Source: a virus (taxonomy: Duplodnaviria > Caudoviricetes). From it: a stretch of 64,000 nucleotides of DNA. The notes beneath the pieces were generated by a model. The model saw only the letters and a program-made list of their open reading frames with translations, searched no databases and was not told the origin of the DNA. The stretch covers positions 64,001 through 128,000 of IMG/VR virus record IMGVR_UViG_3300020577_006271, one strand, 5' to 3'. Positions 46,733-55,029 of this stretch are shown here, in pieces (position 1 is the first letter of the stretch; each line of letters begins with the position of its first letter). The position numbers were made by a program, and so were the translations under genes.

Positions 46733-47692
46733 TTACAATTTTTTAAGTTCTGCCATCAAGACTGGATGTGGATAAACATCTACTTTATCTAATCTTACAT
46801 TTGTATGTGACCAAATTCCACCTAATGAACTTCCATCGCGACATAGTGCAGAATTTAATTCTAACGCATCCCACGGATCTTTAGATTTTAATAAATAAGG
46901 TAGGCCTTTCTTAATATCAATATTTTCAGATTTTCCTATATCAATTATTAATTTAATTAATGAATCTATTTGTGCTTGAGAATAAGCATGCCAGTGTTTA
47001 AATCCCCTAAATGCTTTTGAAAGGGTTATAACCTGAGATTTATCAACTTCAGTATTAACATAGGTATAAAATTTACCACTTTTTTCAGTTAACTGTCCAA
47101 ATGAACATAACTCAATTGATATAGATTCAGTGGTTAGATTACTTGGTAAATTTCCACCTAGATGGTAGGCATGGTTTTTATGGTCAATTGCTTTTACAAT
47201 TTCTCCATCATGGCGTCTGTCTCCAGTTTTTGCATTAATTCCCCCGATGACATAATGCGTGCCAATGGCACCCCGTGTGTCTTTATTCCAATCATCAACT
47301 ACTGCATACGGATTACTCCATCCTGCAGTATGGTGAATGAATATTAATTTCTTTTTATTAGTCTGATTTATGTATTGCCCAGAATTTAATTTATAATCTT
47401 TAATTTTACTGAATAATTCCATATAATCTGTGGTTATGTTTGGTATAATGACCACTTTATCCTCAATATAATTAGTTGGGGTCGCCGACTTAATGATATT
47501 CTCCGGCTCAGTTAATTCTATTCCGGTTCGTTTTTCTAAACGAGTTAAGGTTGAATCATCGATTATTCCAGATGGAAACAATCCACTTGTCAGTTGGAAA
47601 TTTTTAAGTGCTGCTTTGGTAAATTTATCTAAAAATCCAGTCTGTGTGACTTTTAAAGCTTCTTGAACTTTGTTAATTGAAAATTTTCTCAT
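46733..47692 (-). CDS. Endolysin: PG-binding domain plus N-acetylmuramoyl-L-alanine amidase (Amidase_2)
   Basis: VQEAL..TG..D..TKAALKNFQ PG-binding module; IFIHHTAG, HYVIG, AYH, SIEL, HTNVR.DK.D. Start reset to ATG 47692 (ATGA overlap with the upstream stop). Confidence 0.9.
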   Translation of the reverse strand: MRKFSINKVQEALKVTQTGFLDKFTKAALKNFQLTSGLFPSGIIDDSTLTRLEKRTGIELTEPENIIKSATPTNYIEDKVVIIPNITTDYMELFSKIKDYKLNSGQYINQTNKKKLIFIHHTAGWSNPYAVVDDWNKDTRGAIGTHYVIGGINAKTGDRRHDGEIVKAIDHKNHAYHLGGNLPSNLTTESISIELCSFGQLTEKSGKFYTYVNTEVDKSQVITLSKAFRGFKHWHAYSQAQIDSLIKLIIDIGKSENIDIKKGLPYLLKSKDPWDALELNSALCRDGSSLGGIWSHTNVRLDKVDVYPHPVLMAELKKL

Positions 47693-48183
47693 GGTGTGGT
47701 TTTTAGTGAAGCGGAAGACCAAGGAATAGTAACGCCTGTATAATAATTTGTATAGGTCCCTGTCATGGTTACCATATGCACGGCCACAACTCCTTGAAGA
47801 ATCGAAAGCCAAATATCAATATTATTATTTTCAACAACCGGAGGACCCTTAAAGACTCCAGTATTTGATATTATTACAGTGCCAAGCGATCCAACAATTG
47901 TTAATCCTGACCAGTAAGCTTTGATATATGGCGCAATATCATTAAAAAAATTGACACGCCTGTCACTTAATTTATTTTTTCTTAATATTGCTTCAATGCC
48001 CGAACGCAATACCGGAACTTTAACTGAAGATCCAATTACTTTGCCACCACCTGTAATGATATCGAAATGTCTTAAAACAAGTTTATCGTATGCAGAAGCT
48101 AATACACGAGCAACCTTTCGATCATCGTCATGTTGTTTAAATAATTTTAATTTTAATTCACTTTTAAATAATTGGTAAGACAT
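47689..48183 (-). CDS. Hypothetical (probably virion) protein
   Basis: Coupled ORF; AYW.G and C-terminal PW motifs. Confidence 0.5.
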   Translation of the reverse strand: MSYQLFKSELKLKLFKQHDDDRKVARVLASAYDKLVLRHFDIITGGGKVIGSSVKVPVLRSGIEAILRKNKLSDRRVNFFNDIAPYIKAYWSGLTIVGSLGTVIISNTGVFKGPPVVENNNIDIWLSILQGVVAVHMVTMTGTYTNYYTGVTIPWSSASLKTTP

Positions 48184-48863
48184 TATATTAAATCATAAAA
48201 CGCAAACGGAATAACACTAATTAAATCAGCTGATATATCAATATTTTTTGCAGTATGTATTCCTTCAGTGAAATATGATTGGTTACTCATTGTACATCCA
48301 GTCACTTCGGCTGTTCCACCTATCATAGCGGTATCTTTAAGAATACAGTTCGTTACCTTGGCGTCTTTAATGATATACACACCATCAGTCAGCAAACTAT
48401 TTTTTACTTTCGCGTTTCCGAAAACCATTGCCGAATTAAATATTTTTGTTGATGTTACATTGGCATGACCTTTAACGATTGCTAAATCTGCAATCCACGA
48501 ATCATCGACTACTGCATTGTCGAAAACTGTAGCATATCCACTTAGGTATGAATTTGATACCGTAGAGTTGCCAAATACTTTGGCTTGGTCAACAATCACT
48601 GCGTTGGTAACTTTTGCATTTCCCCAAACTTTTGCATTTCCTTCTACCCAGCTGTTACCTTCAAGATTATCTAATGATTCTACATATCCGCCAATTGTAT
48701 GTTTTTCGATAAATACATTCGTCCATTCGTGTAGAACATTAATTTTATTCGGAACTGGTATTCGTATATTGATAGCTTTTGTGGATATTATCCGATAAAG
48801 CTTGATTGATTTATCGTTTTGTTTAATTGTAATTGAATCGTGCTCTAATAGTGCAATTTGCAT
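48183..48863 (-). CDS. Beta-helix repeat protein
   Basis: LYRI..GGYVES..NL then GNAKV/DNAVV/GHANV repeats. Confidence 0.7.
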   Translation of the reverse strand: MQIALLEHDSITIKQNDKSIKLYRIISTKAINIRIPVPNKINVLHEWTNVFIEKHTIGGYVESLDNLEGNSWVEGNAKVWGNAKVTNAVIVDQAKVFGNSTVSNSYLSGYATVFDNAVVDDSWIADLAIVKGHANVTSTKIFNSAMVFGNAKVKNSLLTDGVYIIKDAKVTNCILKDTAMIGGTAEVTGCTMSNQSYFTEGIHTAKNIDISADLISVIPFAFYDLI

Positions 48864-48884
48864 TTTTATATTTTTTAGTCTAAA

Positions 48885-48894
48885 ATAATTAGTT
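48885..48894 (-). promoter_or_regulatory. Putative late promoter at the strand switch
   Basis: AACTAATTAT upstream of the first minus-strand gene. Confidence 0.6.
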
Positions 48895-48895
48895 T

Positions 48896-48932
48896 AAAAT
48901 TTGGTTATCTCAATATTTTTGTGTATATTAAG
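48896..48932 (+). promoter_or_regulatory. Bacteroidota-type early/middle promoter
   Basis: AAAATTTGG...TGTATATTA, TTTG-N20-TA. Confidence 0.65.
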
Positions 48933-48948
48933 TTCAAAATTAAAAAAC

Positions 48949-49491
48949 ATGACATATAAACATTTAATGGTTGACATAGAAACATTAGGAACCACCACAG
49001 AAGCAGCAATGCTATCTATTGGAATTGTTCCATTTAATTCAATATTAGATATAGGACCAAAAGTTTTGTACGAGATATGTCTAAAGGATGCACTTCAATT
49101 TGGAAAGCTTTCTAGTGAAACATTACAGTGGTGGACTAATCAACCACCAGAACAATACAAAAAATTAATTACTTCAGGTAATTTAAAGACATTAGATGCT
49201 TTAAAGGGCCTTCAAGGTATTTGTGATTATCTAATGGTAGATGGATTTAAAATTTGGGCAAACGGTCCTGATTTTGACTTGGAAATAATTGAACATAAAA
49301 TGAGCCAATTAAATATTACTCCACCGTGGACTCCATGGAATCAAAGATGTGTTCGCACTATTAAGGCAATTGATCCAACTTTAGCTAAATCATTTATTAA
49401 TCTAGAAAAACATGACCCAGTCCAAGATTGTTTAGTTCAAATTAATCAAGTTTGCGCTATTAATGAAAAATACAAATTGAATTTAATTTAA
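48949..49491 (+). CDS. 3'-5' exonuclease, DEDD family (Rv2179c/DUF5051-like)
   Basis: HLMVDIETLG, TLQWW, IWANGPDFD, RCVRT, HDPVQDC; start set at ATG 48949. Confidence 0.85.
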   Translation: MTYKHLMVDIETLGTTTEAAMLSIGIVPFNSILDIGPKVLYEICLKDALQFGKLSSETLQWWTNQPPEQYKKLITSGNLKTLDALKGLQGICDYLMVDGFKIWANGPDFDLEIIEHKMSQLNITPPWTPWNQRCVRTIKAIDPTLAKSFINLEKHDPVQDCLVQINQVCAINEKYKLNLI

Positions 49492-49563
49492 ATAAATGTT
49501 AATTTTTTAAAAATGTAACTTTCATTAATTTAATTGTTGTATGTTTGTTGAAAATTTTTTAAA

Positions 49564-49854
49564 ATGAATTGGCGAAAAATTTTCTGTACATGTGCATTAT
49601 CTTTAGTGATATTAACATCATGCCATAAATATGATGGACCAACAATTACGAAATATTTTGTAATATATTATGAGAATCATGTTGATACCATACAAGTCAC
49701 CGGGGCAAGAATTGACACTAGAATAAGAGGATTCTTATCTGAAATTCGCAGATATCCTAGATCAGTTGATTCATGCTGTAAACAGTATGATGTAATTATA
49801 GTGACACGTGGTGAAATTAGAGAAATTAATAAACAAGATATATGGCCAGAGTGA
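49564..49854 (+). CDS. Putative lipoprotein
   Basis: Signal peptide with LTSC lipobox. Confidence 0.6.
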   Translation: MNWRKIFCTCALSLVILTSCHKYDGPTITKYFVIYYENHVDTIQVTGARIDTRIRGFLSEIRRYPRSVDSCCKQYDVIIVTRGEIREINKQDIWPE

Positions 49855-50303
49855 ACGTGGGTATTGATCCTAAGTGTATGACTGACCAACATCTTCTTGC
49901 CGAGTCAGTAGAAATAACCATGATAACTGGGCATTTAAGATCGCAAGGATATAAAATTAAGGGAAATATTCCAATGAAATTTTCATTAGGAAAAGGTCAC
50001 GTGACATTTTTTAAAAATAAATTAACGTATTTGCAAAATAGATTATATGAAGTTAATTGTGAGCTGTTAAGACGGGGATTTAACCCGTCTACTAATATTA
50101 ATTTATCTGAATTCCCTAATCAATTGATAAATGACTGGAAGCCAAAGGTAGAAGATTCACATCTTGTTAGGATTAGAATGGTTGATAGAATAGTAAATCC
50201 GTTAAAGGCAACTAATAATTTTCATAAATTTAAACGGTCTGAAATTTATAATATGCAAGATTTCACTAATAATATTTTAACACATAAATTAAATTTTGTT
50301 TGA
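49842..50303 (+). CDS. denV: Pyrimidine-dimer DNA glycosylase / endonuclease V
   Basis: ARVN..DQHLLAE..EI, FSLGKGHVTFF.NKL.YL..R....EL..RGF. Confidence 0.9.
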   Translation: MARVNVGIDPKCMTDQHLLAESVEITMITGHLRSQGYKIKGNIPMKFSLGKGHVTFFKNKLTYLQNRLYEVNCELLRRGFNPSTNINLSEFPNQLINDWKPKVEDSHLVRIRMVDRIVNPLKATNNFHKFKRSEIYNMQDFTNNILTHKLNFV

Positions 50304-50705
50304 ATGAAAATGCAAACATTAACAAGATTACAATTAATAACACTTTACACCCAATTTAATTGTAATTTATGGAGATCTGAAATAAAGACATTATTATCTG
50401 CAGATCCGTTGGCAACCGATGACACCGATATAGTAATACCACAGGCATTAATTGTTAAATTAAAACAGAAGGGTTTAAGTGTACAATTAGATGCAGTAAT
50501 GAAAATGGGAATAGAATTAGATGATGATCACACAATTATACCTGACGACGGTCAAACAATTCGTTTCCATGGTGCTCTACTGATTGGACGGAGAATCAAA
50601 GGCATATATGTAGGCAAATCCTTTTTCCTGTCAGAAGACTTTAATTGGGAAATAAAGGAAGATGATGAAGGTGCAATGTGTCTAATACCAACTAAAAAGA
50701 AATGA
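50304..50705 (+). CDS. Hypothetical protein
   Basis: Abutting ORF. Confidence 0.55.
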   Translation: MKMQTLTRLQLITLYTQFNCNLWRSEIKTLLSADPLATDDTDIVIPQALIVKLKQKGLSVQLDAVMKMGIELDDDHTIIPDDGQTIRFHGALLIGRRIKGIYVGKSFFLSEDFNWEIKEDDEGAMCLIPTKKK

Positions 50706-50968
50706 GGGTTTTAATATTTTTATCGTTAATGTTTGTAATTGCATGTGGTCAAAAACGTGCATGTACAAAAGATGCTTACCATTGTGAAACGTTCGTGGTA
50801 TATTATCCCGATGAATATGATACATTGACTGTTAACTGCTGTGAAGCTTGGACACAATCCATTCATGGTATAACCCACATAATGTATCGAGATAGTCTTG
50901 GCAAGATAGAGACTTTATATTCATCAATATCCACACCTGTTAAATCAATCAACTGTAATGATAACTAA
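50702..50968 (+). CDS. Putative lipoprotein
   Basis: Signal peptide with VIAC lipobox; FVVYY..YDTL.V resembles 49564-49854. Confidence 0.6.
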   Translation: MRVLIFLSLMFVIACGQKRACTKDAYHCETFVVYYPDEYDTLTVNCCEAWTQSIHGITHIMYRDSLGKIETLYSSISTPVKSINCNDN

Positions 50969-51028
50969 AATTAATCTAGACCAAGTTACTTCAATTAATA
51001 TCATCATACGGGGTGCTTTCCTTCAAAC

Positions 51029-51214
51029 ATGGACGTAATTTGCAAGGATGAATTTTTGTACATAGATTCAAATGTTGTATATTATTTGCCACATATAGAA
51101 TTTAGATTATCTGATGGAACTATACGCACTCAATACTTCAACACGTCCAATGAATTGGATCTTTTTCTACAATCTGAACAAATGGTGAAAATTAATTGGT
51201 TAACACTTAACTAA
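51029..51214 (+). CDS. Hypothetical protein
   Basis: Short ORF on the coding strand; start uncertain. Confidence 0.35.
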   Translation: MDVICKDEFLYIDSNVVYYLPHIEFRLSDGTIRTQYFNTSNELDLFLQSEQMVKINWLTLN

Positions 51215-51237
51215 TAATTTTTTAAAAATAATCATTG

Positions 51238-51273
51238 AAAAATTTGGTTATTTGAAATATTTTTTGTATATTG
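51238..51273 (+). promoter_or_regulatory. Bacteroidota-type early/middle promoter for the modification operon
   Basis: AAAAATTTGG...TTGTATATTG, TTTG-N20-TA. Confidence 0.7.
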
Positions 51274-51426
51274 TATAAAAATTAGGTTTTCAAGGAAACG
51301 TTGGGTTAAATTCGATGTGGATTATTGGCATATTTACTAAAGAACAATTATGCAACATCCATGATATCATTGTATATAGGATTTCGTGTTATGATAATAT
51401 ACAAACAAAATTAAATTTAATTTTAA

Positions 51427-52014
51427 ATGAAGCAACTAGAAAAAGAAAAGATAATCAATAAAGCAGCTAAAGAATATGCCAAATTCATGGATGTGTTATT
51501 ACCTGACTGGAAAGAAGATAAAAATATGGTTGATACTCCAATGCGAGTCTCCCGTGCATTTGTTGAAGATATATTCTCGGGATTATATGATGACAATTTT
51601 AAAATCACAGCCTTTCCAAATGATGGTTATGATGGATTGGTGATGCAATGTAATATACCAGTCAAGAGTATATGCTCACACCACCACCAGATAATCGATG
51701 GCATAGCTCATGTCGCATATATACCCGGCGATACAGTAATAGGATTATCCAAATTAAATAGAACGGTTGATTATTTTGCCAGGAGACCACAATTACAAGA
51801 AACATTAACTATTCAAATTCATGATTTTATAAGCAATATTTGTATAGGAAATGCTGGTGTAGCTGTAATTATTAAAGCGAAGCATGCATGTTGTTCACAC
51901 CGAGGGATCAAACACGATTCTGATATGCAAACGATTAAAATATCAGGTGCATTTAAAGATGATTCCAAAGTTAGAGAAGAATTTTACAGCTTGATTCAAA
52001 ATGCTAAAAGGTAA
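51427..52014 (+). CDS. folE: GTP cyclohydrolase I
   Basis: DTPMRV, SICSHH, G.AHVAYIP, IGLSKLNR, RRPQLQE, H.C..HRG. Confidence 0.95.
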   Translation: MKQLEKEKIINKAAKEYAKFMDVLLPDWKEDKNMVDTPMRVSRAFVEDIFSGLYDDNFKITAFPNDGYDGLVMQCNIPVKSICSHHHQIIDGIAHVAYIPGDTVIGLSKLNRTVDYFARRPQLQETLTIQIHDFISNICIGNAGVAVIIKAKHACCSHRGIKHDSDMQTIKISGAFKDDSKVREEFYSLIQNAKR

Positions 52015-52021
52015 TACGACA

Positions 52022-52108
52022 ATGATGACATCCAAAATATCAGGGGCTTTTAAGACACAACCTGAAGTCAGGGAAGAATTTTATAATTTTATTAAAAGAT
52101 TGAAATGA
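52022..52108 (+). pseudogene. Orphan C-terminus of a second folE allele
   Basis: MMTSKISGAFKTQPEVREEFYNFIKRLK versus the folE end MQTIKISGAFKDDSKVREEFYSLIQNAKR; its TGA overlaps the ino1 ATG. Confidence 0.85.
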
Positions 52109-53265
52109 TAAATGTAGGAATAATTGGATTAGGCAACTGCGCAAGTTCACTAATCCAAGGCATAGAATATTATACAATGTATCCAGAAAAACTTTCCGGA
52201 TTAATGATGAAAGATATTGGTGGGTATTTACCAAAGGATATTAATGTTGTAGCGGCATTTGATATTGATAGTCGTAAGATTGGAAAACCAATCAAAGATG
52301 CAATTTGGGAGAAGCCTAATTGTACTATACAACTTTACAAAGATGTTAAAAACATGACTGTAATTGAAAAAGCTCCGGTTTTAGATGGTTATGCTAATAT
52401 TATGGATGCATATCCGGAGTCAGATAGATTCTTAGTAACAGAAGAACTAAGAAATAATACAGATTTGGGCCGTAGTATAGCATTGGATACAGATTATATC
52501 TTGGGTTTAAAAACAAGAATTATACATGTATTAAAAGAAAATAATGTAACCATATTAATTAACTATTTACCGGTTGGGTCACAAATAGCAACTGAATGGT
52601 GGGCCGAAATCTGCTTAGAAACGGGTATATCTTTTTTAAACTGTATTCCGGTTTTTATAGCATCTAATCCAGTTTGGGATCAAAAATTCAAAGACAAAAA
52701 CATTCCAATTATTGGAGATGATATGAAAAGTGAATTCGGTGCATCGATAGTATCACAAATTTTGCAAGAATTAGCTTTTGCGCGTGGACATCACGTTAAG
52801 TGTCATATTCAACGAAATATTGGAGGTAATACAGATTTTTTAAATATGGAAGATAAATCCAGATTAAAATCTAAAAAAATATCAAAGGAAAATGTTATAA
52901 GATCCCAAAATGACATTCGTGGTATTTCAACCGAAAACACTTTTTTACATGCCGGACCTTCGGAATATATTTCGTATTTTAAAGATAATAAAGTTGCTAA
53001 TTTTCACATAGAATTGGAAGGATTTATGGGTAGCCCAGTAATTTTAGATGCTCAATTATCAGTTCAAGATTCTCCAAATTCTGCTGGAGTAGTAATCGAT
53101 GCTATTAGATATTTATCCGTGGCTCGAGAAATGGGTTTAAAGGGCTCATTAAAAGGCGCCAGCGCTTGGACGCAAAAAACCCCTCCAATTCAAATGACAA
53201 GCGAGCAAGCGCAAAAAGAATGCCAAACATTAGCTAATAGAGATAAAAGCTTTTTTACAAAATGA
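52105..53265 (+). CDS. ino1: myo-Inositol-1-phosphate synthase
   Basis: GLGNCASSLIQG, VAAFDID.RK.G, NYLPVGS, NCIPVFIAS, GDDMKS, NIGGNTDFLNM, SKKISK, DSPNSAGVVIDAIR. Confidence 0.95.
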   Translation: MINVGIIGLGNCASSLIQGIEYYTMYPEKLSGLMMKDIGGYLPKDINVVAAFDIDSRKIGKPIKDAIWEKPNCTIQLYKDVKNMTVIEKAPVLDGYANIMDAYPESDRFLVTEELRNNTDLGRSIALDTDYILGLKTRIIHVLKENNVTILINYLPVGSQIATEWWAEICLETGISFLNCIPVFIASNPVWDQKFKDKNIPIIGDDMKSEFGASIVSQILQELAFARGHHVKCHIQRNIGGNTDFLNMEDKSRLKSKKISKENVIRSQNDIRGISTENTFLHAGPSEYISYFKDNKVANFHIELEGFMGSPVILDAQLSVQDSPNSAGVVIDAIRYLSVAREMGLKGSLKGASAWTQKTPPIQMTSEQAQKECQTLANRDKSFFTK

Positions 53266-53885
53266 TCAAGATAGATTCGAATATAAACATGAGAGAATAT
53301 GGATCGCATTATTTTAATGGATTTTTAGATTTTCTTATGTTTGTTAATAAAAATATAAGAACTTGTAACACCATTATCGAAATAGGATCATTTAAAGGAG
53401 AATATAGTTCATTAATCTTGAAGCATATTCATGGTAATCCAATATTATATTGTGTTGATCCATGGAATGACATGCCGGATAATTCGGATATTTTACAAGG
53501 CATAAATTTTTCAAATATAGAAAAGATTTTTGACGAGACATTAATTAGTTTTAACAATTTTAAGAAAATAAAATCCACATCAGACGAATTTATTCAAAGT
53601 AATACAATTAATTCGGTTGATTTGGTTTATATAGATGGATTACACACTTATGATCAAGTTAAAAGGGATATAGAAAACTATTTACCATTAATTAAATCCG
53701 GTGGAATTTTAGCAGGTCACGATTATCATATACCAATACCGCATGAAGAATATCCCTTTTATTATGACATCGATAAACAACAAAAAATACGACATCAAGT
53801 TGGATTAGCAGTCGATGAACTTTTATTAAAAGATTATAAAATTTATACATTCGAAGATACATCATGGGCAATAATAAAAAAATAA
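53262..53885 (+). CDS. Class I SAM-dependent methyltransferase (Methyltransf_24-like)
   Basis: IEIGSFKG.S, YCVDPW, DLVYIDGLHTY..V..DI, GGILAGHDY. Confidence 0.9.
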   Translation: MIKIDSNINMREYGSHYFNGFLDFLMFVNKNIRTCNTIIEIGSFKGEYSSLILKHIHGNPILYCVDPWNDMPDNSDILQGINFSNIEKIFDETLISFNNFKKIKSTSDEFIQSNTINSVDLVYIDGLHTYDQVKRDIENYLPLIKSGGILAGHDYHIPIPHEEYPFYYDIDKQQKIRHQVGLAVDELLLKDYKIYTFEDTSWAIIKK

Positions 53886-54691
53886 TCATTTTATATAGTG
53901 GCGGATTAGATTCATTTATATTATATCATTGGACTAAACAAAAATATCCAAGTTACGAAATTAAATGTATTTATTATGATTATGGAAATCCTGTTTGCCA
54001 AACTGAAATTTCTAAATTACCTGAATTTGTAATAGTTAAAAATATAGAGTGGTTCGACAATTCAGCAGAAAAATTAGTTGGCAAAAAAACAGAAAATCAT
54101 AAAGGAAACATTTACATTCCAGGTAGAAATATGGTCTTCGCTGTGTTGGCAGCTGCACAAGAATTACCAGATTATATTTTTATGGGTGGACTGTATGAAG
54201 AAGCACACCAGGCAGCAACAGACAAGAATGTTGAATTCATACATAAATTTAATGAATTAGTGAATTATGTATTATCTCCGTTTAAAGATAAAATTTTATT
54301 AGTATTCCCATTTGTCGACGAATCATACACTAAATCAATGGTAATAGATTGGGCGTTAACTAATGGGATAAGCCCTGATATATTAGGAAAATTATACAGC
54401 TGCTTTAATTATTCGGAAAATGGATTACCTTGTGGAGAATGCCATTCTTGTATGCGTAGTTTTTCTTTCTTTTACAAAAAAGGAATCCCAATTAAATTTA
54501 ATCGACACCCATTTTTTGAATCGAATTTTGGTATTAATTATTTACAACGATCAATCCAAATGTTAGAAGCATCACATTATGACCGAATTTTACTTCAAGA
54601 TTTAGATTATGGTGCAATTAAATCATTTTTAATTGATTACAATATTGATCAATTATTAGTTGATAGAATTGATAAATTTTTAGAAATATGA
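53864..54691 (+). CDS. queC: QueC-like 7-cyano-7-deazaguanine synthase
   Basis: PP-loop LYSGGLDS, YDYG, YIPGRN, SC...PCGECHSC. Confidence 0.85.
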   Translation: MGNNKKIIILYSGGLDSFILYHWTKQKYPSYEIKCIYYDYGNPVCQTEISKLPEFVIVKNIEWFDNSAEKLVGKKTENHKGNIYIPGRNMVFAVLAAAQELPDYIFMGGLYEEAHQAATDKNVEFIHKFNELVNYVLSPFKDKILLVFPFVDESYTKSMVIDWALTNGISPDILGKLYSCFNYSENGLPCGECHSCMRSFSFFYKKGIPIKFNRHPFFESNFGINYLQRSIQMLEASHYDRILLQDLDYGAIKSFLIDYNIDQLLVDRIDKFLEI

Positions 54692-55029
54692 ATATTGGCT
54701 TTGATTTCGATGGAACAATAACTAAAAATCCATGGTTATTTAAACAATTAATTGACATGTTTAGATCAGTTAATGGTGTCAATACCGTATATATTATTTC
54801 TGGAACATCCGACAACGACAGATATAAATTATTAAATGAATTAAAATCTTTTAATATTACGGTAAATCCAGAAAATATTATTACTAAGCCAGAATCGGGA
54901 AATATTTCCGATGTAACAATGTGGAAATATAATTTAGTAGACGAATTAAAAATTCGATTATATATCGAAAATCGAGAAGAAACAGCAATAAAACTATCAG
55001 AATTATGCACAATTTTTAAAATTATTTAA
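54688..55029 (+). CDS. Small capless HAD-superfamily phosphatase
   Basis: IGFDFDGTI motif I, IISG motif II, motif III Lys, YIEN motif IV. Confidence 0.75.
   Translation: MNIGFDFDGTITKNPWLFKQLIDMFRSVNGVNTVYIISGTSDNDRYKLLNELKSFNITVNPENIITKPESGNISDVTMWKYNLVDELKIRLYIENREETAIKLSELCTIFKII

Noticed and set aside
47693-47812. N-terminal extension of the endolysin in the ORF track
   Set aside because: Overlaps the upstream gene; ATG 47692 with an ATGA overlap is the better start.
2-48798. Many plus-strand ORFs opposite the structural genes (e.g. 2-274, 3268-4020, 15614-16006)
   Set aside because: Antisense shadows of well-supported minus-strand genes, with no motifs.
50958-51214. Possible frameshifted gene joining MITKINLDQ.. 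to MDVICKDEF..
   Set aside because: No homology evidence to distinguish it from two small ORFs.
51274-51426. preQ1 riboswitch in the long leader of folE
   Set aside because: No recognisable preQ1 stem, loop consensus or A-rich tail arrangement.
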